From NCBI GenBank assembly GCA_000708835.1, contig DF237450.1, positions 3,332 through 67,331 of the forward strand: a stretch of 64,000 nucleotides of DNA. The letters are read 5' to 3'. The notes under the pieces were generated by a model that saw nothing but the letters and a program-made list of their open reading frames with translations, was not told the DNA's origin and ran no database searches. The position numbers were made by a program, and so were the translations under genes. Shown here piece by piece: positions 47,701 through 59,200 of the stretch. The first letter of the stretch is position 1; each line of letters starts with the position of its first letter. The stretch is from Klebsormidium nitens (Eukaryota > Plantae > Klebsormidiophyceae).

Positions 47701-49326
47701 ACGTGGGGCCTGTGACACTCCGTTCTCTCCGCTTGCTACTTGAAACAATTGGAATTTCACCGTCCCCGGTGTTGTACTCAAAACGCCTTGTCATCCGATC
47801 TTAGCGGATTGCTCTGGCAGCCAACTGCGCGTGTTTCCTGGCAACTCGTGCATCAAGAATGGTCGAAACACTCCGCTCATCTTTCTCTTGCAATGTCGCT
47901 CGCAGTACTCGAACGCCCCCGCAGGCTCGCAGCGCAAGGCGGATGCCCTCGAGGAGTTCAGCAGGCAGACCAGCACGCGCGCGCACGTCGACAAATCGGT
48001 CACTGCGATCGGGATGATTGTGAGCCACCCGGCTTTCTTGTGCTTTGCCGTGTCCCTTCGAACGAATCCTGCTGCTTTTAAAGCTTGATCGGTATCCAGG
48101 CGGTCTGATCAGGTCCTCAACCAGAAGGATGCCGTGGAAATACAATGGCACACCACGGAAGTGATATGGTTGCACGCACTTTATGCAAGAGCTTCGGCGG
48201 CAAAGCATGAGAAGAGGACATCTAGCGATTGACGTGGCATGAGTGATTGCCTTCTTTTACTTGGCCGATATTCTTGGACGTCATGGCTCCACCTATGTAT
48301 CAGGAGGGTAAGAGACTCGAGGCGGTGAACCGTCTTATCAACAAATTACAATCTAACAAGTCGGACACAACTTCGAACAGACGCACGACTCCTGTCTTCG
48401 AAGTTGTCGTGACGTCATCATCCGTCATTTGCAGCTTTTCGGCAACCAGGACGAGCATACCGCTGTGAGGCCCGCAGGGTACCCGCTGGTGGACGACTGG
48501 GACTGCCTCAAGGACCTGGTGAGCGTCCGAAATGTCACCCGCGTCCGAATTGTGAACCCCGTCCGAATTTCTCGCACGTCCGAAAATGGTACCCGCGTCC
48601 GAATTGTCACCTGCGTCCGAATTGTCACCCGCGTCCGAATTTCCCGCGCGTCCGAAAATGCGACCCGTGTCCGACTGTGTACTGGTGTCCGAGATGGGCG
48701 TTCGAGATGTCTGTGTCCTGATTGAAGCACACGGAATTGACCGAGTTATTTGCCGCCGTTCGAGTCGTTATGGTAGCCGAGAGTTCAATCTTGCTGGCCC
48801 GGTGGACCAAGTACTAGGCCTGGACTCTGAAGATGAATGTTTTTTTCGAAGTTTTACTGATTTGTTTGATTGCTGTCCGTGAGAGTACTTTTATCCGTGC
48901 TTCAATCAGTGTTGGTCTGCCTTCCACTTTCTTGATACCTCTCAATGTCCTTGCTACGAACATGCTGAGTCGGATCCCCTGTCTTCTTTAACAATCGCAT
49001 CCATGTTTGGGCACCCGTCTTCTTTGCTTGAGCTTGAATTCTCCGCTGAAGATAGTATTTTCTTACACAGTAGCCAGCTTAATCTGAACGATCGCATCAG
49101 TTGTCTTCGGGCTGCTCTGATTCTGCAATGCTCATGTGCCCAGGTTCGGACATACGAATCGCGCTGCGGGCTGCTTACGGAGTACGGGATGAAGCACATG
49201 CGCTCGTTTGCCAACATGTGCAACGCGGGCTTCACGAACGCCGACGTGGACGCCGCAGCCGTGCAAGCGTGCGCGCATACTCCGCTGCGCGCGCATGCGC
49301 GTCCCTTTGCAACATTCAGCGCGTAG
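38729..49326 (+). CDS. VPE: Vacuolar processing enzyme / asparaginyl endopeptidase (legumain, peptidase C13), 9 exons, 475 aa
   Basis: Exons 38729-38917, 39670-39834, 40848-41004, 41786-41937, 42359-42541, 46942-47142, 47906-48019, 48435-48518, 49144-49326, phase-compatible (1428 nt). Signal peptide. Motifs [24 protein letters not shown], catalytic DHG and [44 protein letters not shown]. Confidence 0.96.
41360..41830. repeat. Tandem copies of VPE exon 4 acceptor plus exon start
   Basis: caggcatgcc.accctcccc...gccaacga at ~41363, a partial copy at ~41495, ~41626, and the real copy at 41783. Confidence 0.9.
42478..43035. repeat. Tandem copies of VPE exon 5 end plus donor
   Basis: ggctggaggacagcgaggtgcacaacctgaacaaggagacgctcgaggaccagtacaagatg|gtgag recurs at ~42630-42700, ~42800-42866 and partially at ~42995-43035. 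Confidence 0.92.
43040..46500. other. ~3.4-kb unexplained core of VPE intron 5 (possible decayed insertion)
   Basis: The intron is 4.4 kb, against roughly 0.3-1.4 kb for the other introns here. It has degenerate internal repeats at 43720-44180, a (GCA)n run at ~44571-44587 and broken ORFs. No RT, integrase or transposase motif was recognised. Confidence 0.4.
46535..46990. repeat. Tandem copies of VPE exon 6 acceptor plus exon start
   Basis: cag|gtgcgcgac at 46541, 46669, 46811 and the real copy at 46939. The inner copies extend through ttccaggc.ggca. Confidence 0.92.
48522..48695. repeat. 18-bp minisatellite (consensus CGTCCGAATTGTCACCCG, ~9-10 copies) directly after the VPE exon 8 donor
   Basis: gtgagcgtccgaaatgtcacccgcgtccgaattgtgaaccccgtccgaatttctcgcacgtccgaaaatggtacccgcgtccgaattgtcacctg... 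Confidence 0.9.
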
Positions 49327-50269
49327 GCGATATAGGTGCTGGTCGGGGGGTGATGTATAGACTACGCATCGGCGCGGATACTTTGTGATGTCGCTGTAAA
49401 TAGTTGGAATGATTACATAGCATTTGCAACTCTAATTTGAATAGGTTGTTCACAAGTATGTGCAGTTCCTGTTTACAAGGTAACATAGTGGATAATTGAT
49501 AGACGTGCTGCAACTAAGCAAGATACAATTGGGAGACGTTCAGACAGCGACACTTCTTTTGTGCTTCTCAAGCGTACATCTGAAGACGACTTGAAATCGT
49601 AAGGTAGGAACCTTTTCTTCTGAGACGGAGATGCGGGTAGATTGACCATACCGAATTTTCGAGAAACTTTTTAAACTGCATGTCACACTTACACTGGAGC
49701 TTCTACATGACTGGCGGCTCAAAGAGAATGTTCCAACCCGCGTAGTATATATTACCAGTTGCAATCAATGTAATTTAGTACATTACAACTTGATGCGCAT
49801 GCTGCAGCTACTTGTGCAATGGCGACCGGTAATCTCGATACTGTACGGTACTATCCCCGGCCCATATGCCGATCATGCATGATCAACATGTGCCAGCTCA
49901 TGTTAAACCCATCCTGCCTCGTAACATGCATATCCGACCCGGCCGGGGATGACATGCAAGCATCAACTTGCACAATGCAATATGCAACCCGTTTACAGCA
50001 ACGCAAATGCCAATGATGCAACTGTAAGCATGGGCTCGTGTGTATATATATGAACACCAAATTGACGTCCAAGTGGGAGGTTGCCCTGAACAATTGCAGC
50101 AGCCAAAACATGTAGGTCCGTATTCTAGCAACTAGCTCCAATTGAGGATGCCTCCGCAATTGATTCGGTTTCTATTGAGCTGTTGAGCATAACGTATAAC
50201 CTTACTCGTCGACACAAGAGGAAGTCATAGGACTTATCATCACTTTGAAAGAGACACAGCCTCGCTGTT

Positions 50270-52530
50270 CTATTCAACAAGTAGTCTGTCTAAACCTAGT
50301 TCATGTTCGGGGCTATCCTCCAATTCAAACAACTCAGGTTCTCCCAGGTTGTATCAGCTTGGACGCACAACCTTTTTCTCTATCCAGCTTGAACACTGCT
50401 GTCCCATTAGACAAAAGGGCTGATTGCAAACAAAAACTTCCTACGCTTTCCAAGTCTGCTTGCTCGACCAGATTTGCTTGCTCCAAAACACTCGAAAACC
50501 AGAACAAAGCCACAACCAAGAGCATGGCACCGACTTTGGTACAACTTTGAAAGACACAACAACAATGCACGAAGGTAAAATAGGCTCTCTTCAGTTCAGG
50601 TCTCCAGTTTTTTCCACACTGTCATTAAGACAGCTCGGTAGAACGAAAGTTTTTGATCATCATCAGAGAGCTGGCTACACAAAACTGAAAAGCAGAGGGG
50701 CTTTGTTTTCCCATGAATGACCCAACTTGAAACGGCAAAGCAAGCATGTCAAACGGAAACCATACTACAGCGGTCCATGGCAATGAGTCATTGAATGTTT
50801 GATGTCATCTCATCAAGACTGAGAGGTGCACTGTGCTTGCTGTCAGGATTTCCGTTTCCTCTCATCCGCAGCCAAAGACCACGTCCGAAGGTGTCCTAAG
50901 ATTTGGTTGAAGTTCATCATCCAGCGTGCACAGGGCCTCTTTTCAAAAAATGTGCAAATGATAGCTAAGCCTTCTCAGGGCTAACAGAGCAGCTTCAAAA
51001 CTGTCGTGCCACAACTGGTGAGGGTGTACTGATAAGGAGTCAGAAAGAACGCAGTGATTGTGTAATCACGGTTGATCAGGTCAAGTGTTGGATATCAGGT
51101 TGTATCATCATCCTCCGAGAAAGGTTCACCCTCACCAATGGGCTTCATTTTTGAACACAACGAGATCTCTCACATGGAGAAGGGAGTCAGGCGTGGGAAA
51201 CTCGAGAAGCTTGCTCTGGAGTGGTCGACACCCAGCGGCAAAGAGAAATTTAGCAGCCACTCAAAAAAGCTCGCTATGTGTGGTTGGTTTGTAACTGGCC
51301 CAGCAGCTGGCAACAGTGCGCAAGACTCATGTCGTGGTCGTATGTAGAGTCGGCGGAATCGTCGGAGGACAAAGCGAGGGCGTGTCCTTGCTTTGGAATC
51401 TGTACGCGAAGCAACGGCGAAACCAGATCAGTTTGAGCTTGACCGCCTGGCCTTCATTGTTCAAACTTGAACGACTACTCGGAAGTGGTTGGCGAAAGGA
51501 AGCAGAACACGAGTAGAAACCCCAGAAAGATGGTCAGAAAAGCCCAGACTAGCAAATGTCGCAAAGCGATTGAGCGTACAGTCAGTGTTCCTGCCGCTCA
51601 CCCAAGCTCAGCTTTTAATCTCCTCAATTTATGGGACGGGCTTGGCCTGTGGGGGTCAAAGGAGCTCGTACGGAGATAGAAATCGAGGGAGTCTGGCGAT
51701 CCAGAGAGCATGCCATCAGAGATATACTGTCAAAGATGCAACAAGAAGAAAACGTTCACCTCTGGCTTAGAATACAAAGCAAGCGTTCCCGAACAACTGA
51801 CCAGGCCAATGAGAGCCACCCGCAAACATGTCAAAAAACAAATCGGGGCAATGCGGGTGCGGTAAAGGTCAGTGGCATTGAGGACAGAAAGTTGTACAGA
51901 GAAATGACTTGGAAGGCGAAGAGAGTAGGGTGCAAAACATATCACTCATATGTTGCAGCATTGAAAACAAATGTCCGTCAATCAGTCTCAAAGTACACAC
52001 CACCCCAGTGCCACACCCTGCTCTCAGTACAGATCTTGGTTTGATAATCCCCACAGTTTTGTGTCGGAATTAGCATGGTATGTTAACATCATCGAGCAGG
52101 GCGGTGGATCAACAAACCAATTTGGTAAGGAGGCAATGATTGCAAAAACGTGCTAACACAAGGTACCAAAAGAACACAACTTCCTCTCCAAGTCATCCAT
52201 TGCAAATTTTGAAGAAGCGCCAGCCAAAAGACCTGGTAACGAGTCACAGAACGAATTATGCACCTTTTCCTGAATACACCACCTCTTCAATCACTTGATG
52301 CCAGCAAGAAGAAACTTGTACCTTACAACAGAATGCACACTGCCCAGAAAGGCATGAACTCACCTTACTCCGACCTGCCAGCAGCGAAGAAGGGCAATGG
52401 TTTGCTCCACAAACTGGCGGGACAAGCTAAGTAGGTGACAAGCGCTGCCGGTCCAAGTATCTCGTCCGCCAACGTAGAGATCTCTTAAAGGAAACCCCCA
52501 TGATTGAAGAAGCGTAGAGAATGGGAGAAG
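50270..52530 (-). other. Possible unresolved multi-exon gene, divergent from gamma-tubulin
   Basis: Protein-like open segments bounded by splice-like sites on the minus strand: VLLPFSTLLQSWGFPLRDLYVGGRDTW...(~52527-52365), YISDGMLSGSPDSLDFYLRTSSFDPHRP...(~51727-51603), GCRPLQSKLLEFPTPDSLLHVRDLVVFKNEAHW (~51240-51135). I could not join them into a phase-consistent model. Confidence 0.3.
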
Positions 52531-53239
52531 AACCTGCGAGTGCCAGCGCTGTGCGCTGGCAAGAAATGCGCTCGCTGCTCAGCTCGAGTCCTGAAGAATG
52601 TGAACCATTTGCACTGGCAGGCTGGCACCACTGCTGAGGAATGCAGGCCTAATTAAGAGCAGTGCTGCCAAGCGGAAGCCCGTACTGCTAGCGGAAGCCC
52701 GCAGCGGAACGGTCTTTCAGTCTCACCCTTGGAGCGTTACCCAGTGAATTGACACTACAAACAGCTTTGTCGCTTGTCTGCAATACGCACCTGCTAAAGT
52801 TGCTAGCTTGCCCGAGTGAAGTGGCCGTCTTCCCGCCAAACCATTGGAATATCAAGGACGAAGCGGAATCAGTTGAAGGGAAGCTTGCATTGCATGAGAG
52901 CGCACAGAGCCTTTCAATGTTTCATTTATCAATCAACTTCGATCAAGCAGTGCGCTGCTTCTCTTTTGTCTTCCCCTTTGATTCCAAGCTTTGCTCAAGG
53001 GACACTACTTTAAGTTGTTGCCAAAAGAAGCAAGTTGCTGCAGCGATCATGTGGTGGGTTTGAAAGGCAATGAGACGCAATTGCACGGCCCTCAGGAATA
53101 GATGAATATTGCAAAAGGCTGTTTACTTCTCATCTTGTAAACGCGTTGTTTTCTGTGGGGACACAATCGTGCCGAAGTTTGGAAATTCTGGTCAATTGGT
53201 CAGAGAAGTTGCTAAAGGTGGACCTACAAATGCTATAAT

Positions 53240-56200
53240 ATGCCTCGTGAGATCATCACCTTGCAAGTGGGCCAGTGCGGGAATCAGATTGGCACTGAAT
53301 TCTGGAAGAAGCTCTGCCTGGAGCACGGGATCAGCAAGGATGGCATTTTGGAGGACTTTGCGACGCAGGCGAGTTTCAGCGGGGCACTGTAGCTGTCTCC
53401 TACTGATAAATCTTTGAAGTCTTTGCACTAGTCAGAGTGGTCCTTGCGCTAAAAGGTCTCCAACGCCACAACTGAATTGGAGAAGAGTATGTTGTGCATC
53501 TGGTTGAAAAATGTGAAAGGAGGGCTCAAGTGCCACGTCTTGAGCCCCTTTTTTTGGTGGTATAAGACTGCTGGCTCAAACGCAAAGCCTGCGCGTCCAG
53601 CTAGCACAACTTACCAACGTGAGATTTGCGCTCTTATCGAACCCTGTGATTGTGCGCAGGGCGGGGACCGTAAGGACGTCTTCTTTTACCAAGCAGACGA
53701 CGAGCACTATATTCCTAGGGCCCTGCTGTTAGATCTCGAGCCCCGGGTCATCAATACAATCCAGAACAGCGACTACAAAAACCTGTACAACCATGAGAAC
53801 ATGTACATAGCACAGCATGGGGGCGGGGCAGGGAACAACTGGGCCAGCGGCTATCAGCAGGTGGGGCAAAGTACACTTAATACTTTCCGCAAATGAACTC
53901 ACATCATGGGGGAATTAAGATGGCAAATAAAGGGCACAATATTTCTTGTTGGGGGTGAGTATGGTGGTAAAAGAACTTCAACAATGACTTGTAATTGGCA
54001 TGTTCCTGAAGTACCACCACCAGATGGTGGAGTCTCCCATCTTGTTAAAGTACTGTAAATTCAGCATCGTCACAGAAGGATGATTCCAACTTCTCTTAGT
54101 GTGGGAGTGCCTACACAGGGCCTAGTATTTGCACTTCGCTCACAGCTTTCTGAGACCTGGGGCTCTGCTGAATGCACAATCGCATAGACTGCAAGGACTC
54201 ACGGAAGAAGCCGAGTTGTCATGAGAAATGTTGGGATAAGATCACTGCCATCTCAGACTGCAACATGTCAACCGGCTCTTGAACCAAAAGTTTTGCCTCT
54301 CTTTCAATAAAAATGCTCTCTGGCAGGGGCAAGAGGTACATGAAGAGATTCTGGAAATGATCGACCGAGAAGCAGACGGCAGCGACAGTCTGGAGGGCTT
54401 TGTCCTGTGCCACTCCATCGCCGGAGGAACGGGTTCAGGTGCGTCTGTGAAACCTCGAAGCAATGGTGCACCTGTTGGGAGTGACCCACTCACCCACTTG
54501 AGAACATGCACCTGGCTGCTCCATAGAATGATGAACACGGTCTGCCTCTCTTGGGCTCACGACTCTGATCTTGCTCCACTGTAGATTCAAAAAGATACGG
54601 TGGGCTTTCTTTTCAACTCTTGGAAGTTGTGTGTGATTTCAAGGACCTGGCAAGCCATTGCTGGATGTTTGAAATGTCTGGGAACTGGTAAAGTGACCGG
54701 GCACGGGGTTGATACAAAACAATGGGTCAAAAAGACGTACTGTCGGTATCCAATGAACACTCTCTGGTTTTGTACCGAGGATTGTCACTTCCATTCCTCT
54801 TCAAGGTATGGGCTCATAGCTCCTGGAGGCGCTGAACGACCGCTACGGCAAGAAGCTGCTCCAAACCCACGGCATCTTCCCCAAAGCATGTGAAGTGTAC
54901 TTAGTATGATTCAGGCCGGACACAGTACGAATTTCAAACCGAACACGTTACCCTTCTCTCCCAGGCATGGGCTCGTACCTCCTGGAGGCGCTGAACGACC
55001 GCTACGGCAAGAAGCTGGTCCAGACATACAGCGTGTTTCCCAACCAGCAGGATGGAGCCGACGTTGTTGTGCAGCCGTACAACTCCCTTCTCACACTCAA
55101 ACGGCTCACCCTGAATGCGGACTGCGTGGTCGTCCTTGACAACACCGCTCTCAATAGGATAGCAGGTAAGTCTTTCGGCTTTCTTCCCCTTTCGAGTTTT
55201 GTCCAATTATGTTCCTAGTCTCGCCTGTGCTCGCTGGCGGCTCCACAAATAGTCAGGATAAAGCGAAGCGTGTTTTGAGGTCGTCTATAAAGTTGTAGTT
55301 TGTGAAGTAGCTGACTGTTGCACAGTGCCTTGCTCATCGCACCTGAGCGACAATACCATCGACTGGGGACTGCTTGTCACTCGTCCTCGAAGTGAATCAG
55401 GAGAACCTTTCGTTTGGACTTGTAAAGGCGAGGGACCGATTGGTGGCCCTAAGCTGAGCCTCTGTCTCTCTATCTGGTCCGCGCAGAGAACCACCTCCAC
55501 ATCCAGAACCCCTCCTTCTCTGAGACCAACTCCCTCGTGTCCACTGTCATGTCCGCCAGGTAATTGTGCCACCCTACCGTTCTTCAATTCACTTCCATGT
55601 ATCCAGTTTGTTTTCATATTCCGGGTTGTTTGACGTAGCATTCTCTTCTCTTTGCTCATAATGCGGGTTTGAATTGTAAAATCAATCCTTAGGTTGGGGG
55701 CAGACAGCCTGAAACACTTTCCTGCGACTTGAGTTGCATTCGACCTTTCTTCGGGCTTTGCGCCACAGTTCCGCCGTCTTCTGAGTCACAGCCTGGTCCC
55801 TCAAGCATAAATCGCCCAGGAACCGCGGATTGTCGGATTGTTTCTCGAGCATGACATTTCCGTTAACCCGTAGGCTCCTGAAAGTAAGAATTGGGGTCTC
55901 GCTCGTCGCTCGTCATCATTTACCCATCAATCCGCTATACCCTTATTACTGAAAGCCGAAAAGTGTTAGAGTACTCCGCAATTATGCTTCTTTTCCGTTA
56001 CCGATCAGCACCATCACTCCGCTATACCTCGGTTACTTAAAACAGAAGTGCAAGAACACTCCGTAACTTTCTTTTTTCTTTCCTTTCCGTGCAGTACCAC
56101 CACTCTGCGGTACCCCGGGTACATGAACAACGACCTGGTCGGTTTGGTTGCCTCCCTCATCCCGACCCCCCGCTGCCACTTCCTCATGACGGGCTACACC

Positions 56201-59200
56201 CCCCTGACTGCGGAGCGGCAGGTAGGTTGCCATTACTTTTCGGCGCGGCCATTTCTGAGGCAGGAAGTCTGTGCAGAAAGCTGGTGAAGAAAGGGGAAAC
56301 GTGTTGTGCGGAACCATTAGAGCCTTTGAACGTAAGCGGCCGCGCTTGCGTCGGGCAGTCTGTGGTGCGAGATGGTCAGGGACAGAGAAACGTGTTCTGT
56401 AAATTGATCAGGCATTCTCGAAGGCGGGGATAGCCGGGACCAGGCGGGATCACTGGAAACCAGGACCCTCTGTTGGCGCAGTCAGAAGTAGGCTCTTTGG
56501 TATCTGCAGAACGCCTCCGCCTCCCAGGCTTCTTCCGTGTGAACCGGCTGTACTTCAATGAAAAATCTGGCACTACAGACAAGGTCAGAAGCGTGAAAGG
56601 GTGTGCCGCCAGGTTGAACGACTCTGCCAAATGAAGAACATTGATTCTCCGCCTTAGCCAGGCAGCGCTCTCAGCAAGTCGCAATCGCTTTCTCCGCAGG
56701 GTAATGCTGTGCGCAAGACCTCCGTGCTGGACGTCATGAGGCGGCTGCTCCAGGTAAGTTCGTCGTCTGCCGACGTGTCCTTTGGTTGATAAAACCGCTT
56801 CTCGCCTTCTCGAACGCACATTTTCTTCTGGCCAGCGGCGCCTTCGCTTCCTTCTCTTGTCTCACTTCTTCGAGGACCCCAATTTTGGTTTGAGACCATT
56901 TACTTTCTGACTTCAGTCGCAGTGATCTGGGTGGCATTCCGAAACAGTGCAACTTGCAACTGTCAGTAGCGATTAGATATGGATCAAGGTGCAGTCGAAT
57001 AGAGCATCACTGCTTCAGTCGAGCACTACTTCTTGTTGCGGCGCGCTTCGAGTAACCCATCCATCAGGCTGCCAATGCCTACGCCGATCATTGATACGAC
57101 TTTCAGCACGTGCTCTGAGGGTTGGGAGCATTGATAAATAGTGCTGTTCGGAAGTCTTCTGCAGGTCAATCTTGAGGGCATGCTTTCAGCTATTACGTCG
57201 ACGGTTGACAGGGTTAGATTTAGGGGGGTCAGCTAACGTTTGCACGTTTGCGTCCCTTGTTGCAGGCCAAGAACATCATGGTCTCGTCCTACGGCCGCGC
57301 CAAGGAGGCGAGCGCCGCCAAATACATCTCAATCCTGAACATCATCCAAGGAGAGGTGGATCCAACACAAGTAAGTCTTCTCCACGTCGCCTGCTCGGCT
57401 CCTGACAGGATTCCATGTTTGGCTTCCTTGGTGCATCAGTGGACGGTCGGTGGTCATCTGTATCTTCATTCTGGAAAGGAATGGCCTGGGGGAACTGCTC
57501 CGCGCTCGCGCGTTTGGACAAAACTCCCATGCGATCTCGTTTCAAAAACTTCTTGCGACTACTTTAAGCTCGATTCCTCGAGCCCATTATCTGAAGAAAC
57601 GATGCGAAGATTCGCTCAAGGTAGTATAGACTGCGCTGCGACTCAAAGTTTGAAAAATGCGACCGACTGAGCTTGACTTGGTTTTTTTGGCTCCCAGGTA
57701 CATAAAAGTTTGCAGAGAATCCGGGAACGGCGGCTGGCCAGCTTCATCGAGTGGGGCCCCGCCAGCATACAGGTGGGCAGCCACATTGTCTTTGTATTGA
57801 GTCTCTTTTGATCTTTCAGAACACGACTGGGGTTGTCCTTCTTTCACAGACGCGTACTCATCCCGCCTGAGCCGCATGTGTTAACCCAGAAACGTTGACT
57901 CTGCGTATTGCTATCACGGCCACATGTTTGCGCGGGAATGAGGAGAGAAGTGTTTGTCAGGTACAGTGCACGTGTGAAAGCATCTTCCCAATTCCAGCCT
58001 GGGAGTGGGCATCTTTGTTCGTTCGGACTTCGACTTGTTGCGAAGCACAAGAGTCCGCTCGGTCGTCACCCAAGGCAGTTTCCCCTTTTAGAGTCCTTGC
58101 TTAAGTGGCAGTGTGTTTATGTCTCCATCCACGTGTCGGAGTCCCTTGACGCATCCTGATAGGCTCAAGTGCGCTCGAAAGAACGATGTCTGTCTGCCTG
58201 CGTGCAGGTCGCGCTGTCTCGAAAGTCGCCATACGTACAGACAGCACACAGGGTGAGTAGCCACTCTTTATTGGCCCCTTTTATACTCTGTTTATGCGAC
58301 CGAAAGGTGACTCTTTCTCGTTGCCTACCCGTCCTTGTGCCGTCACTCGAATCGAACTCTCCGAGGCCTCCAAGCAGTTTTGTGCAATGCTTAGAAAGCA
58401 GGGTTTCTACTACTTTGTGTTGTAAACGATGACCAAATAACCGGGGTGGGATTCAGTTTGATGTTCAGGCCTTCTGATAGGCCTCGTGCATGACCTCGCG
58501 AACTAAGAAATCACCAGACTTGTTGCTTCCCTGTTCGATCAATTCCGTTCGGCGGTTTTCTCCGTACCGCGGCATGTGACTTTGCCGTACACACTGTGCC
58601 ACGTGGCCCCCTCTCATTGTGCCACGTGTCTTTGTCTGCTCTTAGGTGAGCGGGCTGATGCTGGCGAGCCACACGAGCATCCGGCACCTGTTCAGCCGCG
58701 GCGTGAGCCAGTACGAGAAGCTGATGAAGAAGCAGGCGTTCCTCGACAACTACCGCAAGTTCTCCATGTTCGCCGTGAGTCGCTCTCTTCTTGACACCAT
58801 GCTTGGGGCGATGCTCCTGTCAGCCCGCTTTCTCTGAAGGTGTCAGGCCGCCGGTGCGCCAGTCAGTTAAGAAAGAGGCGTTCATCGACAAATGGGAAGC
58901 TCTCTGCGTCTGCAGTAAGTAGCTGATAGCCGTACCTCTGAGTCCAATCTCCAAGCTCCAAGATGGACCTTCTTCCACACCTTTCCGCCTCAGCCAGTTC
59001 CTGTTTCTCGTGGATCGACCTCCTTGCTTCCTTCTTATGCTTCTCATGAGGTATCCGGGCACCGGTAAAAGCATGTCAATCTCCCAGCCTTCTCAATCAC
59101 TTTAAGCTCCGAGGCTTGTTTTGGCTGGTAATGCTCACTGAGGCACTTCTTGATCCCAAGACTAGAGAATTTTCAGTCACGTATCACGTAAGAAAAGGAA

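Noticed and set aside
38729-49326. VPE as a butelase-type peptide ligase
   Set aside because: The ligase-determining positions are protease-type: DHG-GP-GVL and SW-G-T. Known ligases have GA/AA/AP and a bulkier gatekeeper.
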